From assembly GCA_964501355.1 (NCBI GenBank), contig CAZCSM010000003.1:1660-65659 (forward strand): a stretch of DNA of 64,000 bases, given 5' to 3'. Position 1 is the first letter of the stretch, and every line of letters begins with the position of its first letter. This DNA is from an uncultured Candidatus Saccharibacteria bacterium. GTDB lineage: Bacteria; Patescibacteriota; Dojkabacteria; CAZCSM01. Shown piece after piece: positions 1 through 10,705 of this stretch. The notes beneath the pieces were generated by a model. It worked only from the letters and a program-made list of their open reading frames with translations. It did not search any database and was not told the origin of the DNA. The position numbers and the translations under genes were made by a program.

Positions 1-3000
1 TCCTAGAAATACCGGCAAAGTGATTGACTCATCAGGTAATGGCAACCACGGAACAATTAATGGAGGTGCTAAATACACAGCAGGCAAAGTTCCTGCTTCA
101 AGTTATGCATCACATCAAGGTGTATTTATTGAAGAAGGAACAACTAACCTTGTCGATAATCCAAGTTTTGAAAATAATATAACTGATTTCTGGAGTGGAA
201 AAAGTGCAGTCACTGCTTATACTTCAGGAGCAACGGATGCAGATGGTAATGCCTATCTTGGAAACAACAATGTCAATGATGTTTACTTTTACGACACTGC
301 AAATGATTCCGATGCAGCGACTCAAGTAACACTTGGCGTAGATCCGAATTGGAGAAAGGGAGTTGTACTCAAAACAGGTACACTTAGTACTACTAACAAC
401 GGATCGTTGATTGAAGTAACAGGAACAAATGCAAATGGAAAAGGAATAGAGATTACAGTTACCTCAACTACAACATTTACCTGGAAAGAAGATGGCGGTG
501 CAGATTCAGCATCAACAGCAATGAGCAAGGGTAACTGGGTACAACTGGAAACTGGAGATAACGATATCTGGGTTAGATTTTCAAGCACGGGAACATTTAC
601 AACAAACGATGTATTTAGAATAAACAGTTGGGTAATAGAACCATTCTCAGCAACAAGAGGATATAGACGAGATTTTCCTGAGCAAAGTTATCTAGTCGCA
701 ACCGATTCAACGCTCGATATTATTGATGCGGTAGAGGATAAGTTGTGGATGAGGTTTATTCAATCGGGGTCGTTGAAAATGATTGCAGCCTTTGGTGGTA
801 CAATGCCTAACTCTACTTTTTCCCTAAATGGAATGCTGTATCTGGGAACCAAAGCTCCAATACCCACGACATTTGGATATTTACATAATGTTGATTTAGT
901 AAATGATTATGGTAAGCATACATGCAGTAGTACTGATGGAGGGCAAAGACTTTTTAAAGGAAATGTTGCTACACGTAATCAGGATTTAGATGCGACAATT
1001 ATAAATGTTTATCATCTTGTAGATAGAAGAGTTAATGATGTCCACGCTGTTGTGATCAACAGTAAGCAATATGTGGCGGTGGCAACGGATGGTGGGGTGA
1101 GTGTAATTAATGAGACGGATGGAAGTGTGGCGCATTTTTATGATTCAGACTGGAATGCACCCCGAACACACTATGTCTGGCTAACCTCTGGAGGAGAACT
1201 CTATTTTACAAGTGGTTCTTATGCAGTTACATATACTGATGCAAGGTATTTGCTTAGAATTGACGATATAAACACTAAAAGTACGAATACTGATCTCTTT
1301 GGAACATATTCTGGAATTTATAATGCTACATATGAGAATGGCGTACGTTATGATCCCGACAAATTTCCAGATATAGATGCAATTTACAGTGCAGTATACC
1401 CATCATATTCAACTTATAGAGGTGAGCTTTATTTAAACAATTTCCCGATTTTGGATATATTTGTCACCGAGGGGACTTCCTCCGTTGATAATTCTTCAAA
1501 CTCAATCTATGTTGCAGGAACAAGATCCTTAACGATTGCAAATGAAAAACAAGGCGATGAATCTAATGGTTCTGTTAAATACTACACCAAAGACGAAATT
1601 ACCGAAGAACTTATCGGCGATATCCGCGGAGCGTGGGGATTTAATACTAATGCCACTCTAGCCAATGGAGATACGGTGGCGGATGTGAGTGTGCGAGGGG
1701 CGGATATGACCGCGGTTGCAGATGCAGGCGGAATCGGAGTGATGAATGGCGTTCGAGGCAAGGCTTTTCAATTTGACGGAACGAATGATTATCTGACACA
1801 GAAAGTTTATGAAGATCAAACCGGTGCTAGCTGGGGACCGGCTAACCATGGACTGAGTTTGGCTAATGGACAAGCTTTCGCGAGAGTGCAGGGAGTAACG
1901 CTAGCGCCTTTTGCAGAAGCGGCCAATCCATATATGTTAGTTGTCAAAGACCCCGAGGGTGATGTCGCTTGGGGGTATATTGATACTGCTGGAGGTGGAG
2001 AGACATTGGGGAATGAGTTGGTTATTGATGGAACCTTTGATTCATGGACTGATAATGAGCTGAATAATTGGGTAGAAGCAGTATCTGTTGATGCTGATCC
2101 AGAAACGATCTCACCATACGGAGGAACCGGAACGTCTGTTAAGTTAGTTCTCTCTGGTAATAATCAATCGCTTAGTCAAAACTTAAGTGTTTCCGCAGGA
2201 AAGCTATACAAAATTACTTTCGCATATAAAGGAAATTATGTTAAATATCATGTAAAAGATCTTACAAACAATGTTTTTATCAAGAGTTGGACTGAAAATA
2301 ACCCCTCGAATTCTATTGACTGGTCTTTATATTCAGCATATTTTACAGTACCCTCAACCTGTACAAGTATTTCAATAGGTGTTTGGGGAACCTATTTAGG
2401 CGATACCGTTTATTTTGACAATGTGTCTGTCAAAGAAGTAACTGATACTGCTACTGATGGCGTCAAAATAATGTCTACCAAAGGTGGTTCAACCCAATCT
2501 TGGGCGGGGATTTCTGCATCTTTCAACTACAACGCCTCGTCATATACATTTGAAGTAAGGAAAACAGATTTTCAGATAACGGGAGATTTGACGGTGGGAG
2601 CATGGGTAAAAAATAATCAATCCAATACAGTTGAAAAGGGCGTTATTTCAAGAGGCACAGGAGGGACTGGTCCCTTTATACTTTTTGGAGGAACCGGAAG
2701 TAATAGTGCCTATCTTAGAATTCATACCGTTGGTGGTAGAGCTGATTCCCCCAAAACATTTTTACCTGTAAATGAGTGGGCATATCTGGTTGGAACCTAT
2801 GATGGAAATACCGTACGTCTATATTTGAATGGTACTGAACAAGGCACAGGTACAATAAAAGCAAGTGCCATTTTAGATTTAAATGATAACTTACTTATTG
2901 GAGCTTATGGCGTTGGAAGTGATAAGATTTCCGGCACCATCGATGAGCCCTTTATCACAGCCGAAGCCTTAACAGCAGATCAGATCAAAAACATGTTTGA

Positions 3001-6000
3001 CCAAGGCTGCCGAGCGATGGGAGGAACTCCGGGAACGGGAACTTGTACAGGAATTAATGAAGCTAGCACCACGAACTACATCGGCGGATCGACAAATATT
3101 ACAAATGCAGTATCAGTAAATTCTGCAGGAACCAGAGCTTTAATCGGCACAGATGGTGCCACCGGAGCGATTTCACTTCTGGATCTCACAGGAGATAAGA
3201 TAATCAAATCCTTCACCACCGCAACCACGCCGGCACTAGTAAATAACGACACCACAGCACTGGCAGTAGTCAGATGGGATGATACAAACCCACAATTTAT
3301 CGCAGGAAGCGAAACTGCAGGAGTGAGTGTAATTAATAATGATTTGACAGTTGAAACTCAAAATACAAGCACGGCGTATTCTAGATTTGGGACCGATTCA
3401 CTTAAGATTGACAATAGCGTTTCCGCTACAAACACATTATACAAATTTACAAAAACACTCACCGCTGCAAGCTACACCTTTAGCTTTTATGCATATACCG
3501 ACGGAAACCAAGTAACAAGTGCAGATTTAGTTCCATATTTAAATAGCGGAGAAATTTTAACCAATGTAACTTACGAAGACGCCGGCGGAGGTTTTACCAG
3601 AGTTTACGGAACATTCAGAGGCTTTGCATCAGCAAATATTTTCGGAGTAAAAGTGAAAGCCGGAAAAACGGTCTACATCGACGGAATACAACTTGAAGCT
3701 AAAGCCTATGCAACAACATATGCGGATGGAAGTTTGGGGACGGGGTATAGTTGGAGTGGGACGGAGAATAATAGTAATAGTGTGAGAACAAATTCGGATT
3801 TGTCCTATCTAAACAGCTTAAACATAGATTCCCAAAAAGGTTCTATGTCGTTTTGGTACAAACCAGATTTCAGTGCAGCTAATCCAAAGGCCGATTATAA
3901 TGCTGTTCCTATTATTACCGTCCAGAACACTGATGGACAAGTACTTTTACATGTATCTTTCAGGGGAGCAAACTTTGTATTTCAAAGGTATTCACAAGAA
4001 GGCTATAAACATACATCAAGTGCTGTTCAAACTTTTGACAAAAACGATTGGTTGCACCTCGTTATAAACTGGGGACCAGGGAATCAAACATTATATGTTT
4101 CGAATGCATCGTTTTTGGGTTATCCTTCAGAAACTTGGACTGTATCTGACATTTCTAATAAAAATATAATGATTGGTACCAGTCATTATTTTGGTTCAAC
4201 CAGAGCAAAAGCTGCCATCTCCGACTTTAGAATCTATGATCAACCTTTAACCCCAGCCGAAGTATCAGACATCTACTACCAAGGCCTGCAAAGCCACGGA
4301 ATCACAGAAACAAAAGGAAGATTTGACGGGATCACAGATGCTTCATACTACTCAGGACGAATAGATTTAAACGCAGTTTCAGCTTGGAGTGAGACAGATG
4401 ATCTAACCATAGCCTCAGCACTAAACGGAGGAACAATTAACTACTACACCTGCACAAAGAATCTAATCACAGGAGTATGTGCAGAAGAAGATTTCTTACC
4501 AATAGTAGGAAATGAAATACAATCCGATCCCGCAAGATACATGTTCGTCAAAGGAGTATTCAACTCAGCAGATAGCTACACAACTCCAACACTAACAGGA
4601 ATCACATTTAACTACGCACCGGATAACGATGCACCAACAAATCCAACAGAGATACACGCATACTCAACAAGTACAAAAGAGACAGAATACAACGAGGTAG
4701 ACTATGCTAACTCAAACAGACCATACTTCGAGTGGCCACAAGCGGAAGAAGTAGGAGGAGCAAGTGATACGGGAGAAGGATCAAGTGGAGTAAACGGATA
4801 CTATGTATACTTCGGAGAAGATGATACAGCTACTCCACAAACAGCAGGAACATACCAAATCGAGTCTGAAGAAGGAAACAACCACTACCAATTACCGGTA
4901 GACGATGCTCTAACAACAAAAGGAAACTACTACCTACGAATCCAATCAATGGATAACGCAGGAAGTATACAGTCTACAGTATGGGAGGCCTACACATACC
5001 AATATGATAATGAAGAACCAAACAACCCATCAGGAGTAAGTGTAACCCCAGCAGGATGGAGTAAGGTAAACTCATATGAATTCTACTGGCCGACAGGAGC
5101 AGATGATGACTCACAGCTTTGGGGATACTGCTACAAGACAGGAGACCCAGAAGTAGAAGAAGTATGTATAGAAGATAACTCAGTACAAAACATACAAGCA
5201 TATCAAGCAGGAGAGAATATCTTCTACTTAAGAAGTATGGATAATGCAGGAAACAAGAATACTAACTTTATCCAGACAACATACTACTACAATGCAGATG
5301 CACCAAGTTCTCCTAACAACCTAGATGTAACACCAGATACAAGTGATGAGAATGAATTCACTTTTACATGGGATGCACCATCTGACTTTAACGGAGAGAT
5401 AAAGGGATACTACTACAGTATCAATACAGAACCAACAATAGACAACAGTATCTTCACAACAGAAACACAAGTAGGTCCAGGTCCATATGCAACCAGACAA
5501 GGAGAGAACAAATTCTACGTACTCGCTGAAGATACAGCCGGAAACAAGAACTTCGATATTTACTCAGAAGTATCCTTCTATGCAAATACAACCGCTCCCG
5601 GGATTCCAACAAATTTAACAGTAAACGATTCATCAGATAGAAATACAAATACATATTCTTTAACATTAAACTGGAAAGCACCAACAGATACAACTCCGGA
5701 TCATTACAACATATATAGATCTTCAGATAACGAAACATTTACAGCAATTTCAACAACAACTTCGTTAGGACTTTTAGACCTTGGACTTTCGACGGATTTA
5801 ACGTACTACTACTACATCACAGCCGAAGATAGTGCAGGAGCAGAGTCAGGACACAGCCAGACAGTAAGCAAGAAACCATCAGGTAAGTTCACAACACCAC
5901 CAACAATTACAGTCAATCCTACCGCTACAGCAGGAAGAACAAGTTCAGTAATCACATGGGAAACAGATAGGGAGTCAAACAGCTTCGTACAAATAGGGAC

Positions 6001-7132
6001 ACAAGATGTATACACAAGAACACAGGGACAATGGATAACGTCTAAACAACATAGCGTAGAACTCAAAGGACTAAACCCTGCAACAGTTTATCACTACAGA
6101 GTACAAAGTATAGATGATCCTGAACTAATCGATTACGATTCAAACGAAGCATTCAGTCAAGATTATACATTTACAACAGGAGAAATACCGAAGATTAAAG
6201 ACCTTGAAGTAAAAGAAGTAAGACACTCATCAGCCATAGTAACATGGGGAACAGATGTAACATCTACCTCAGTAGTATACCTAACAGGAGGAGAAGAAAG
6301 AACAATAGAAGATCAATCATCAGGAGGAACAACAACACATACCATACTAGTAGATAACCTAAGTGCAGGAACAAGCTACAACGTGAGAGTATCAGGAACA
6401 GATGAAGAGGGTAATACACTAATAGGAGAGGAACACTCATTTACAACCCCTGCATATCCTAAAGTTAGCGAAGTTCGACTAGAACAACAGAAGGAAGAAG
6501 CAGAAGGAACAGTAAAGGTAACATGGATAACAAATGTGCCAACAACAAGTGTAGTTAAGTACAACAAGAAGGGAGAGACAGAAACGGTAGAAACAAGTAA
6601 TTCAGAACTAGTAACAGAACATGAAATGATAGCAAGTGGATTGCAAGACAATAGCGAATATGAAATACTAGTAGAAGGAAGAGATGGATATGGAAACTTA
6701 GCACAGTCAGAAGTAAATACATTCCTAACAGATGTAGACACAAGACCACCGAAGATAGAGAACGTACTGATTGAGACAGGACTGATAGGAAGTGGAACGA
6801 AAGCAAAAGCACAGATCATAGTGAGCTGGGAGACAGATGAGTTATCATCAAGCCAGGTAGAATATGATATAGGGATAGGTGAGACAGACGGTACAGTAAC
6901 GTATGCACAAAAGACGAAGGAAGATAACGGACTGGTAAACAAACATGTAGTAGTAATCTCAGAGCTATCACCAAGTCAGGTGTATAGAGTAAGACTACTA
7001 TCAAAAGATAAGAGTGGAAACGAGACATATTCAGATAACAACATCGTAGTAACAGACGAAGCCACAGAGAATGCACTGGAACTTGTAATGAACTCTCTGC
7101 TTGAAACCTTCGGATGGTTGTTCGGTGAATAG
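1..7132 (+). CDS. Giant surface protein (>2370 aa, 5'-truncated) with LamG/concanavalin-like, CBM-like and C-terminal fibronectin type III repeats
   Basis: Frame is open to the window start. LamG-type motifs (W.YLVGTYDG..VRLYLNG, IDE..I...AL, ISDFRIYDQPLT) and repeated FN3-like units (TW.TD...S.V, H.V.L.GL.P.T.Y.YRV). Confidence 0.8.
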   Translation, partial: PRNTGKVIDSSGNGNHGTINGGAKYTAGKVPASSYASHQGVFIEEGTTNLVDNPSFENNITDFWSGKSAVTAYTSGATDADGNAYLGNNNVNDVYFYDTANDSDAATQVTLGVDPNWRKGVVLKTGTLSTTNNGSLIEVTGTNANGKGIEITVTSTTTFTWKEDGGADSASTAMSKGNWVQLETGDNDIWVRFSSTGTFTTNDVFRINSWVIEPFSATRGYRRDFPEQSYLVATDSTLDIIDAVEDKLWMRFIQSGSLKMIAAFGGTMPNSTFSLNGMLYLGTKAPIPTTFGYLHNVDLVNDYGKHTCSSTDGGQRLFKGNVATRNQDLDATIINVYHLVDRRVNDVHAVVINSKQYVAVATDGGVSVINETDGSVAHFYDSDWNAPRTHYVWLTSGGELYFTSGSYAVTYTDARYLLRIDDINTKSTNTDLFGTYSGIYNATYENGVRYDPDKFPDIDAIYSAVYPSYSTYRGELYLNNFPILDIFVTEGTSSVDNSSNSIYVAGTRSLTIANEKQGDESNGSVKYYTKDEITEELIGDIRGAWGFNTNATLANGDTVADVSVRGADMTAVADAGGIGVMNGVRGKAFQFDGTNDYLTQKVYEDQTGASWGPANHGLSLANGQAFARVQGVTLAPFAEAANPYMLVVKDPEGDVAWGYIDTAGGGETLGNELVIDGTFDSWTDNELNNWVEAVSVDADPETISPYGGTGTSVKLVLSGNNQSLSQNLSVSAGKLYKITFAYKGNYVKYHVKDLTNNVFIKSWTENNPSNSIDWSLYSAYFTVPSTCTSISIGVWGTYLGDTVYFDNVSVKEVTDTATDGVKIMSTKGGSTQSWAGISASFNYNASSYTFEVRKTDFQITGDLTVGAWVKNNQSNTVEKGVISRGTGGTGPFILFGGTGSNSAYLRIHTVGGRADSPKTFLPVNEWAYLVGTYDGNTVRLYLNGTEQGTGTIKASAILDLNDNLLIGAYGVGSDKISGTIDEPFITAEALTADQIKNMFDQGCRAMGGTPGTGTCTGINEASTTNYIGGSTNITNAVSVNSAGTRALIGTDGATGAISLLDLTGDKIIKSFTTATTPALVNNDTTALAVVRWDDTNPQFIAGSETAGVSVINNDLTVETQNTSTAYSRFGTDSLKIDNSVSATNTLYKFTKTLTAASYTFSFYAYTDGNQVTSADLVPYLNSGEILTNVTYEDAGGGFTRVYGTFRGFASANIFGVKVKAGKTVYIDGIQLEAKAYATTYADGSLGTGYSWSGTENNSNSVRTNSDLSYLNSLNIDSQKGSMSFWYKPDFSAANPKADYNAVPIITVQNTDGQVLLHVSFRGANFVFQRYSQEGYKHTSSAVQTFDKNDWLHLVINWGPGNQTLYVSNASFLGYPSETWTVSDISNKNIMIGTSHYFGSTRAKAAISDFRIYDQPLTPAEVSDIYYQGLQSHGITETKGRFDGITDASYYSGRIDLNAVSAWSETDDLTIASALNGGTINYYTCTKNLITGVCAEEDFLPIVGNEIQSDPARYMFVKGVFNSADSYTTPTLTGITFNYAPDNDAPTNPTEIHAYSTSTKETEYNEVDYANSNRPYFEWPQAEEVGGASDTGEGSSGVNGYYVYFGEDDTATPQTAGTYQIESEEGNNHYQLPVDDALTTKGNYYLRIQSMDNAGSIQSTVWEAYTYQYDNEEPNNPSGVSVTPAGWSKVNSYEFYWPTGADDDSQLWGYCYKTGDPEVEEVCIEDNSVQNIQAYQAGENIFYLRSMDNAGNKNTNFIQTTYYYNADAPSSPNNLDVTPDTSDENEFTFTWDAPSDFNGEIKGYYYSINTEPTIDNSIFTTETQVGPGPYATRQGENKFYVLAEDTAGNKNFDIYSEVSFYANTTAPGIPTNLTVNDSSDRNTNTYSLTLNWKAPTDTTPDHYNIYRSSDNETFTAISTTTSLGLLDLGLSTDLTYYYYITAEDSAGAESGHSQTVSKKPSGKFTTPPTITVNPTATAGRTSSVITWETDRESNSFVQIGTQDVYTRTQGQWITSKQHSVELKGLNPATVYHYRVQSIDDPELIDYDSNEAFSQDYTFTTGEIPKIKDLEVKEVRHSSAIVTWGTDVTSTSVVYLTGGEERTIEDQSSGGTTTHTILVDNLSAGTSYNVRVSGTDEEGNTLIGEEHSFTTPAYPKVSEVRLEQQKEEAEGTVKVTWITNVPTTSVVKYNKKGETETVETSNSELVTEHEMIASGLQDNSEYEILVEGRDGYGNLAQSEVNTFLTDVDTRPPKIENVLIETGLIGSGTKAKAQIIVSWETDELSSSQVEYDIGIGETDGTVTYAQKTKEDNGLVNKHVVVISELSPSQVYRVRLLSKDKSGNETYSDNNIVVTDEATENALELVMNSLLETFGWLFGE

Positions 7133-7237
7133 AAGACAGTTTCTAGGTACTAGGTTTTAGTTTCTAGAAAATAGATGAATATTAAATTCTAACATTTACA
7201 GTCATAGCAACTAAAAGATTTTAAGAAAGAAATAAAG

Positions 7238-8002
7238 ATGTCTAACGATTCTGATAATTCAATAGTAATTAAACTTCGAAATATTCATAAGTCATATGAC
7301 ACCGGTTTTCGAAAGGTTCATGCGGTAAGGGGTGTTGACTTTGATATTAATAGTCAGGATTTTGTCATTATTTTTGGTCCATCCGGTTGTGGGAAATCAA
7401 CGTTACTAAACGTTATTCTTGGTCTCGATGCTCCTGATGAAGGAAAGGTTTTCGTTCGCGGGGAAGATATCTATACGATGAACGATGATGAGCGCGCTTA
7501 TTTTCGTTCCAACCGAATGGGTGTAGTTTACCAACAACCAACTTGGATTAAAAGCCTTTCTGTTATAGATAACGTTGCATTTCCTCTTTTTTTGAAGGGG
7601 ATAAGCACCTCTGCTGCACACAAACTTGCTATGAGGCAACTTGAGGAAGTCGGTATGGAGCAGTATAAAGATCATCGTCCTGTTGAGCTTTCTGGTGGTC
7701 AACAGCAGAAAGTCAGTCTTGCCAGAGCTTTAGTGAATAATCCTTGGACACTTTTACTTGATGAGCCAACCGGTAATTTAGACAGTAAGTCCGGAGATGA
7801 TGTAATTCACTCTTTGAAAAAGATTAATAAAGAGGGAAAGCGAACGATAATTATGGTTACGCATAATTATTCTTATCTTCTCTATGCCAATAAGGTCATT
7901 CATATGATGGATGGAAAGATAGAAGGCCTTTATGATACGACGGTACAAGTCCAATCATTTATTAAAAATGTTATATTAAATATTAATCAACCCCAATCGT
8001 GA
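7238..8002 (+). CDS. ABC transporter ATP-binding protein (LolD/MacB family)
   Basis: Walker A GPSGCGKST, LSGGQQQ, LLDEPTGNLD, MVTH. Confidence 0.93.
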   Translation: MSNDSDNSIVIKLRNIHKSYDTGFRKVHAVRGVDFDINSQDFVIIFGPSGCGKSTLLNVILGLDAPDEGKVFVRGEDIYTMNDDERAYFRSNRMGVVYQQPTWIKSLSVIDNVAFPLFLKGISTSAAHKLAMRQLEEVGMEQYKDHRPVELSGGQQQKVSLARALVNNPWTLLLDEPTGNLDSKSGDDVIHSLKKINKEGKRTIIMVTHNYSYLLYANKVIHMMDGKIEGLYDTTVQVQSFIKNVILNINQPQS

Positions 8003-9216
8003 AAATCGGACAGGTAATCAGGATATCCCTACATAATTTACTGAGTAAGAAATCTAGAACTCTATTTACGATTTCTGCAATAGCGGTAAGTTTTGCTGCT
8101 ATTCTCATCCTTCTTTCTTTAGGATATGGACTTCAGAGACTCGTAGAGCAACAAACCGTAGGATTGGAAGCATTGAGATTGATTGATGTTGATGCCGAGA
8201 ATTCAAGCATTGTTAGTCTTAATAGCGAAAGTGTGAACCGCATAAAGTCAATTGCTGGTGTTGAGAATGTTATCCCTCAAATTAGTGCGGCGGGGAAGCT
8301 GCATATAGATGGTTCAATAATCGATGCTACTGTATTTTTAACGGAAGGAGATTATCTTGAACTCTCATATAAAAGCACGCTTTGGGGCAATACAGACGAT
8401 GCTCTCGGAGAACGATCTTTATTTCTCAATGATGTCGTTCCCGGATTGTTAAGTATTGAAGCTAGTGAACAAATCATTGACAGGGAGGTCGGTATTGATC
8501 TGGTTTTCTCCCCATCTGTATTAGAAATAAATGAGGATTCCCAGACGACATACTCTGGTTTATTAAGGACCGTACAGGGTGTAGTAGTGGATAGAAAGGT
8601 CGAGAATAGAGTTCCCATTGTCTATCTTTCCATTAATCAATTTCCGGATTTGTATTCAAATGCAAACTTCTCCCGCGTGAAAGTTCTGCTGAATGATCCA
8701 GAAAGCCTTGAGTCTGTCAGGGCGCAGATAGAGAACTTGGGATATCGCACGTCTTCTGCGGCAGATACCGTAGAGCAGATCGATTCAGTCTTCACGACAT
8801 TTCGGATTGTATTATTCGTAATAGGATTAGTTGGTGTAACGATAGCAATTCTAGGCATGTTCAACACTCTTACAATCTCCCTTATGGATAGAATGAGAGA
8901 AATTGGGATAATGAAGGCCCTTGGCATGCAGGGAAAATATGTTTTGGGCTTATTCTTAACAGAGTCTGTGATGATTAGTATTTCAGGTGGTATTGCCGGG
9001 CTCATAATTAGCGTTCTTGGTGGAAATATTTTAGAAAAAACGATGCAGTTCGCCGCTGAAGTTCAAGATCGCCCAAGTGTGGACTTCTATTATACACCTC
9101 TTAGCATAGCAGGATTAATGCTCTTGTTCTCTGCTTTAACAGGACTTATCACCGGAATATATCCTGCTGTGAAGGCGATGAGGATGAAACCTCTTGATGC
9201 TTTACGTTACGAATAA
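7999..9216 (+). CDS. ABC transporter permease (MacB/FtsX family)
   Basis: N-terminal RT.FT TM segment, large extracytoplasmic loop, R.REIGIMKALG, C-terminal GIYPA..A....P.DALRYE; 4-bp overlap with the ATPase gene. Confidence 0.9.
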   Translation: MKIGQVIRISLHNLLSKKSRTLFTISAIAVSFAAILILLSLGYGLQRLVEQQTVGLEALRLIDVDAENSSIVSLNSESVNRIKSIAGVENVIPQISAAGKLHIDGSIIDATVFLTEGDYLELSYKSTLWGNTDDALGERSLFLNDVVPGLLSIEASEQIIDREVGIDLVFSPSVLEINEDSQTTYSGLLRTVQGVVVDRKVENRVPIVYLSINQFPDLYSNANFSRVKVLLNDPESLESVRAQIENLGYRTSSAADTVEQIDSVFTTFRIVLFVIGLVGVTIAILGMFNTLTISLMDRMREIGIMKALGMQGKYVLGLFLTESVMISISGGIAGLIISVLGGNILEKTMQFAAEVQDRPSVDFYYTPLSIAGLMLLFSALTGLITGIYPAVKAMRMKPLDALRYE

Positions 9217-9222
9217 TTTCTC

Positions 9223-9283
9223 TTGACACTCATTCCTCTCAAGTGCTAAACTTGCTGTAGCAGTTCGCTGCCACGAGTGCTAA
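9223..9283 (+). promoter_or_regulatory. Two tandem CIRCE (HrcA operator) sites overlapping a sigma70 promoter
   Basis: TTGACACTC-N9-AAGTGCTAA (9223-9249) and GTAGCAGTT-N9-GAGTGCTAA (9257-9283) versus consensus TTAGCACTC-N9-GAGTGCTAA; TTGACA...TGcTAAACT promoter; directly upstream of hrcA. Confidence 0.85.
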
Positions 9284-9287
9284 TTTT

Positions 9288-10025
9288 ATGATTAACAAAA
9301 TGACACCAAGACAAAAGAAAATTCTCGCTGCAATTATTAACGAATTCATGAATTCCGCTGAAGCTGTGGGTTCTTTGGCAATTTCTGAGAAATATAATCT
9401 TGGTGTAAGTCCAGCCACAATTCGAAATGAAATGGCAGATCTTGTTCATCAAGGATACATTACGATGTCTCATTCATCTTCCGGTCGTGTTCCTACCAGC
9501 ACGGGATACAGATTCTATATTAATGAAATAATGGATGATGAGGAACCCTCCTATATTGAAGAACTAGAAGTTAATAGAAGAATTTTTGAATCAAGATTTG
9601 CGAAGGAACGGTTGGTTAAACAATCTGTTGATGTTGCCGCAGAGGTTTCCAGGTGTATGGCAATAGCACTTTTGGACAATGTTAATTTTTATGCTGGGGT
9701 TTCGGATTTGATTCGTTATCCGGAATTCCAGGATGTAGAACAATTGAAGAATTTACTTACGATTTTAGAAAATTATCAGATAATGTCGAATATGTTCGGC
9801 AGAATCCGTGGGCAAAATGAAAAAGGCGTGAAGATTCTTATTGGCGATGAAACCGAGATTGAATCAATGTCAGATTGTGGAGTTGTTTTCAACAATTTTA
9901 AAGTTCATGGCGGAGAACAAGGCGTTTTTGCTATAATTGGCCCTGCTCGAATGAATTATGCGAAAATAGTACCTTTGGTCAATTTGATAACGAATAAACT
10001 TGACCAGGCCGTCTTTGGCTGGTAA
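9288..10025 (+). CDS. hrcA: Heat-inducible transcription repressor HrcA (short form)
   Basis: RQKKIL.AII.EF...AEAVGS, SPATIRNEMADL, H.SSGRVPT..GYRFY, IGPARMNY. Confidence 0.93.
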   Translation: MINKMTPRQKKILAAIINEFMNSAEAVGSLAISEKYNLGVSPATIRNEMADLVHQGYITMSHSSSGRVPTSTGYRFYINEIMDDEEPSYIEELEVNRRIFESRFAKERLVKQSVDVAAEVSRCMAIALLDNVNFYAGVSDLIRYPEFQDVEQLKNLLTILENYQIMSNMFGRIRGQNEKGVKILIGDETEIESMSDCGVVFNNFKVHGGEQGVFAIIGPARMNYAKIVPLVNLITNKLDQAVFGW

Positions 10026-10080
10026 TAATATTCCTGCCCGCAAAGTTAGATAGTAGATTTACTTTTTGTAGATTAGGATA

Positions 10081-10623
10081 ATGTTTGAAAAAAAGAAGAA
10101 GGAAAATTGCGAATGCAAAGATTGCAACTGTAGTACAGATGAATGCAGGAATGTCTGTGAAAACTGTAAAAGGCTAGAGCAAGAAGTTTCTGATTTAAAC
10201 GATAAATTAAAAAGAGTTCTTGCAGATTATCAGAATTTGAAGAGAAGAACTGCAGAGGAAAAATCTGAACTTTCATTCTATTCAAACCTTGCCGTGCTGG
10301 GAAGCCTTCTTGATGTCTCAGATGACTTCGATTTAGCAATTGAGAAATATACGAAGACAGAAGCTGATGAAGCAGATTGGTTAACCGGAATAAAAATGGT
10401 TAGAAATAAGATGAGTAACTTACTTGAAAATCAGCAGGTTACAGAAGTTGTTTGCCAGATTGATGACGAATTTAATCCAGATTTTCATGAAGCATTAAGC
10501 ACGATGAAAGTTGACGATGAGAAGATGGATGGAATCATTATGGGGATAATTAGAAAAGGGTATATGTTAGGCGATCGTGTTTTGAGACCGGCAAGAGTAG
10601 TTGTTGGTAAATTTGAGAAATAA
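10081..10623 (+). CDS. grpE: Nucleotide exchange factor GrpE
   Basis: ADYQNLKRR, FNPDFHEAL, KGYMLGDRVLRPARVVV; between hrcA and dnaK. Confidence 0.95.
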   Translation: MFEKKKKENCECKDCNCSTDECRNVCENCKRLEQEVSDLNDKLKRVLADYQNLKRRTAEEKSELSFYSNLAVLGSLLDVSDDFDLAIEKYTKTEADEADWLTGIKMVRNKMSNLLENQQVTEVVCQIDDEFNPDFHEALSTMKVDDEKMDGIIMGIIRKGYMLGDRVLRPARVVVGKFEK

Positions 10624-10705
10624 GGTTTTACTCTTCGAGCGAACAAAGTGAGTCGAGAAGTTCTCGACAAGCTCGAACAATATTATTATTTAAGTTATTT
10701 TTATT

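Noticed and set aside
6376-6942. Long antisense ORFs (also 60227..60763 and others)
   Set aside because: Shadow ORFs caused by biased codon usage of the real gene on the opposite strand.
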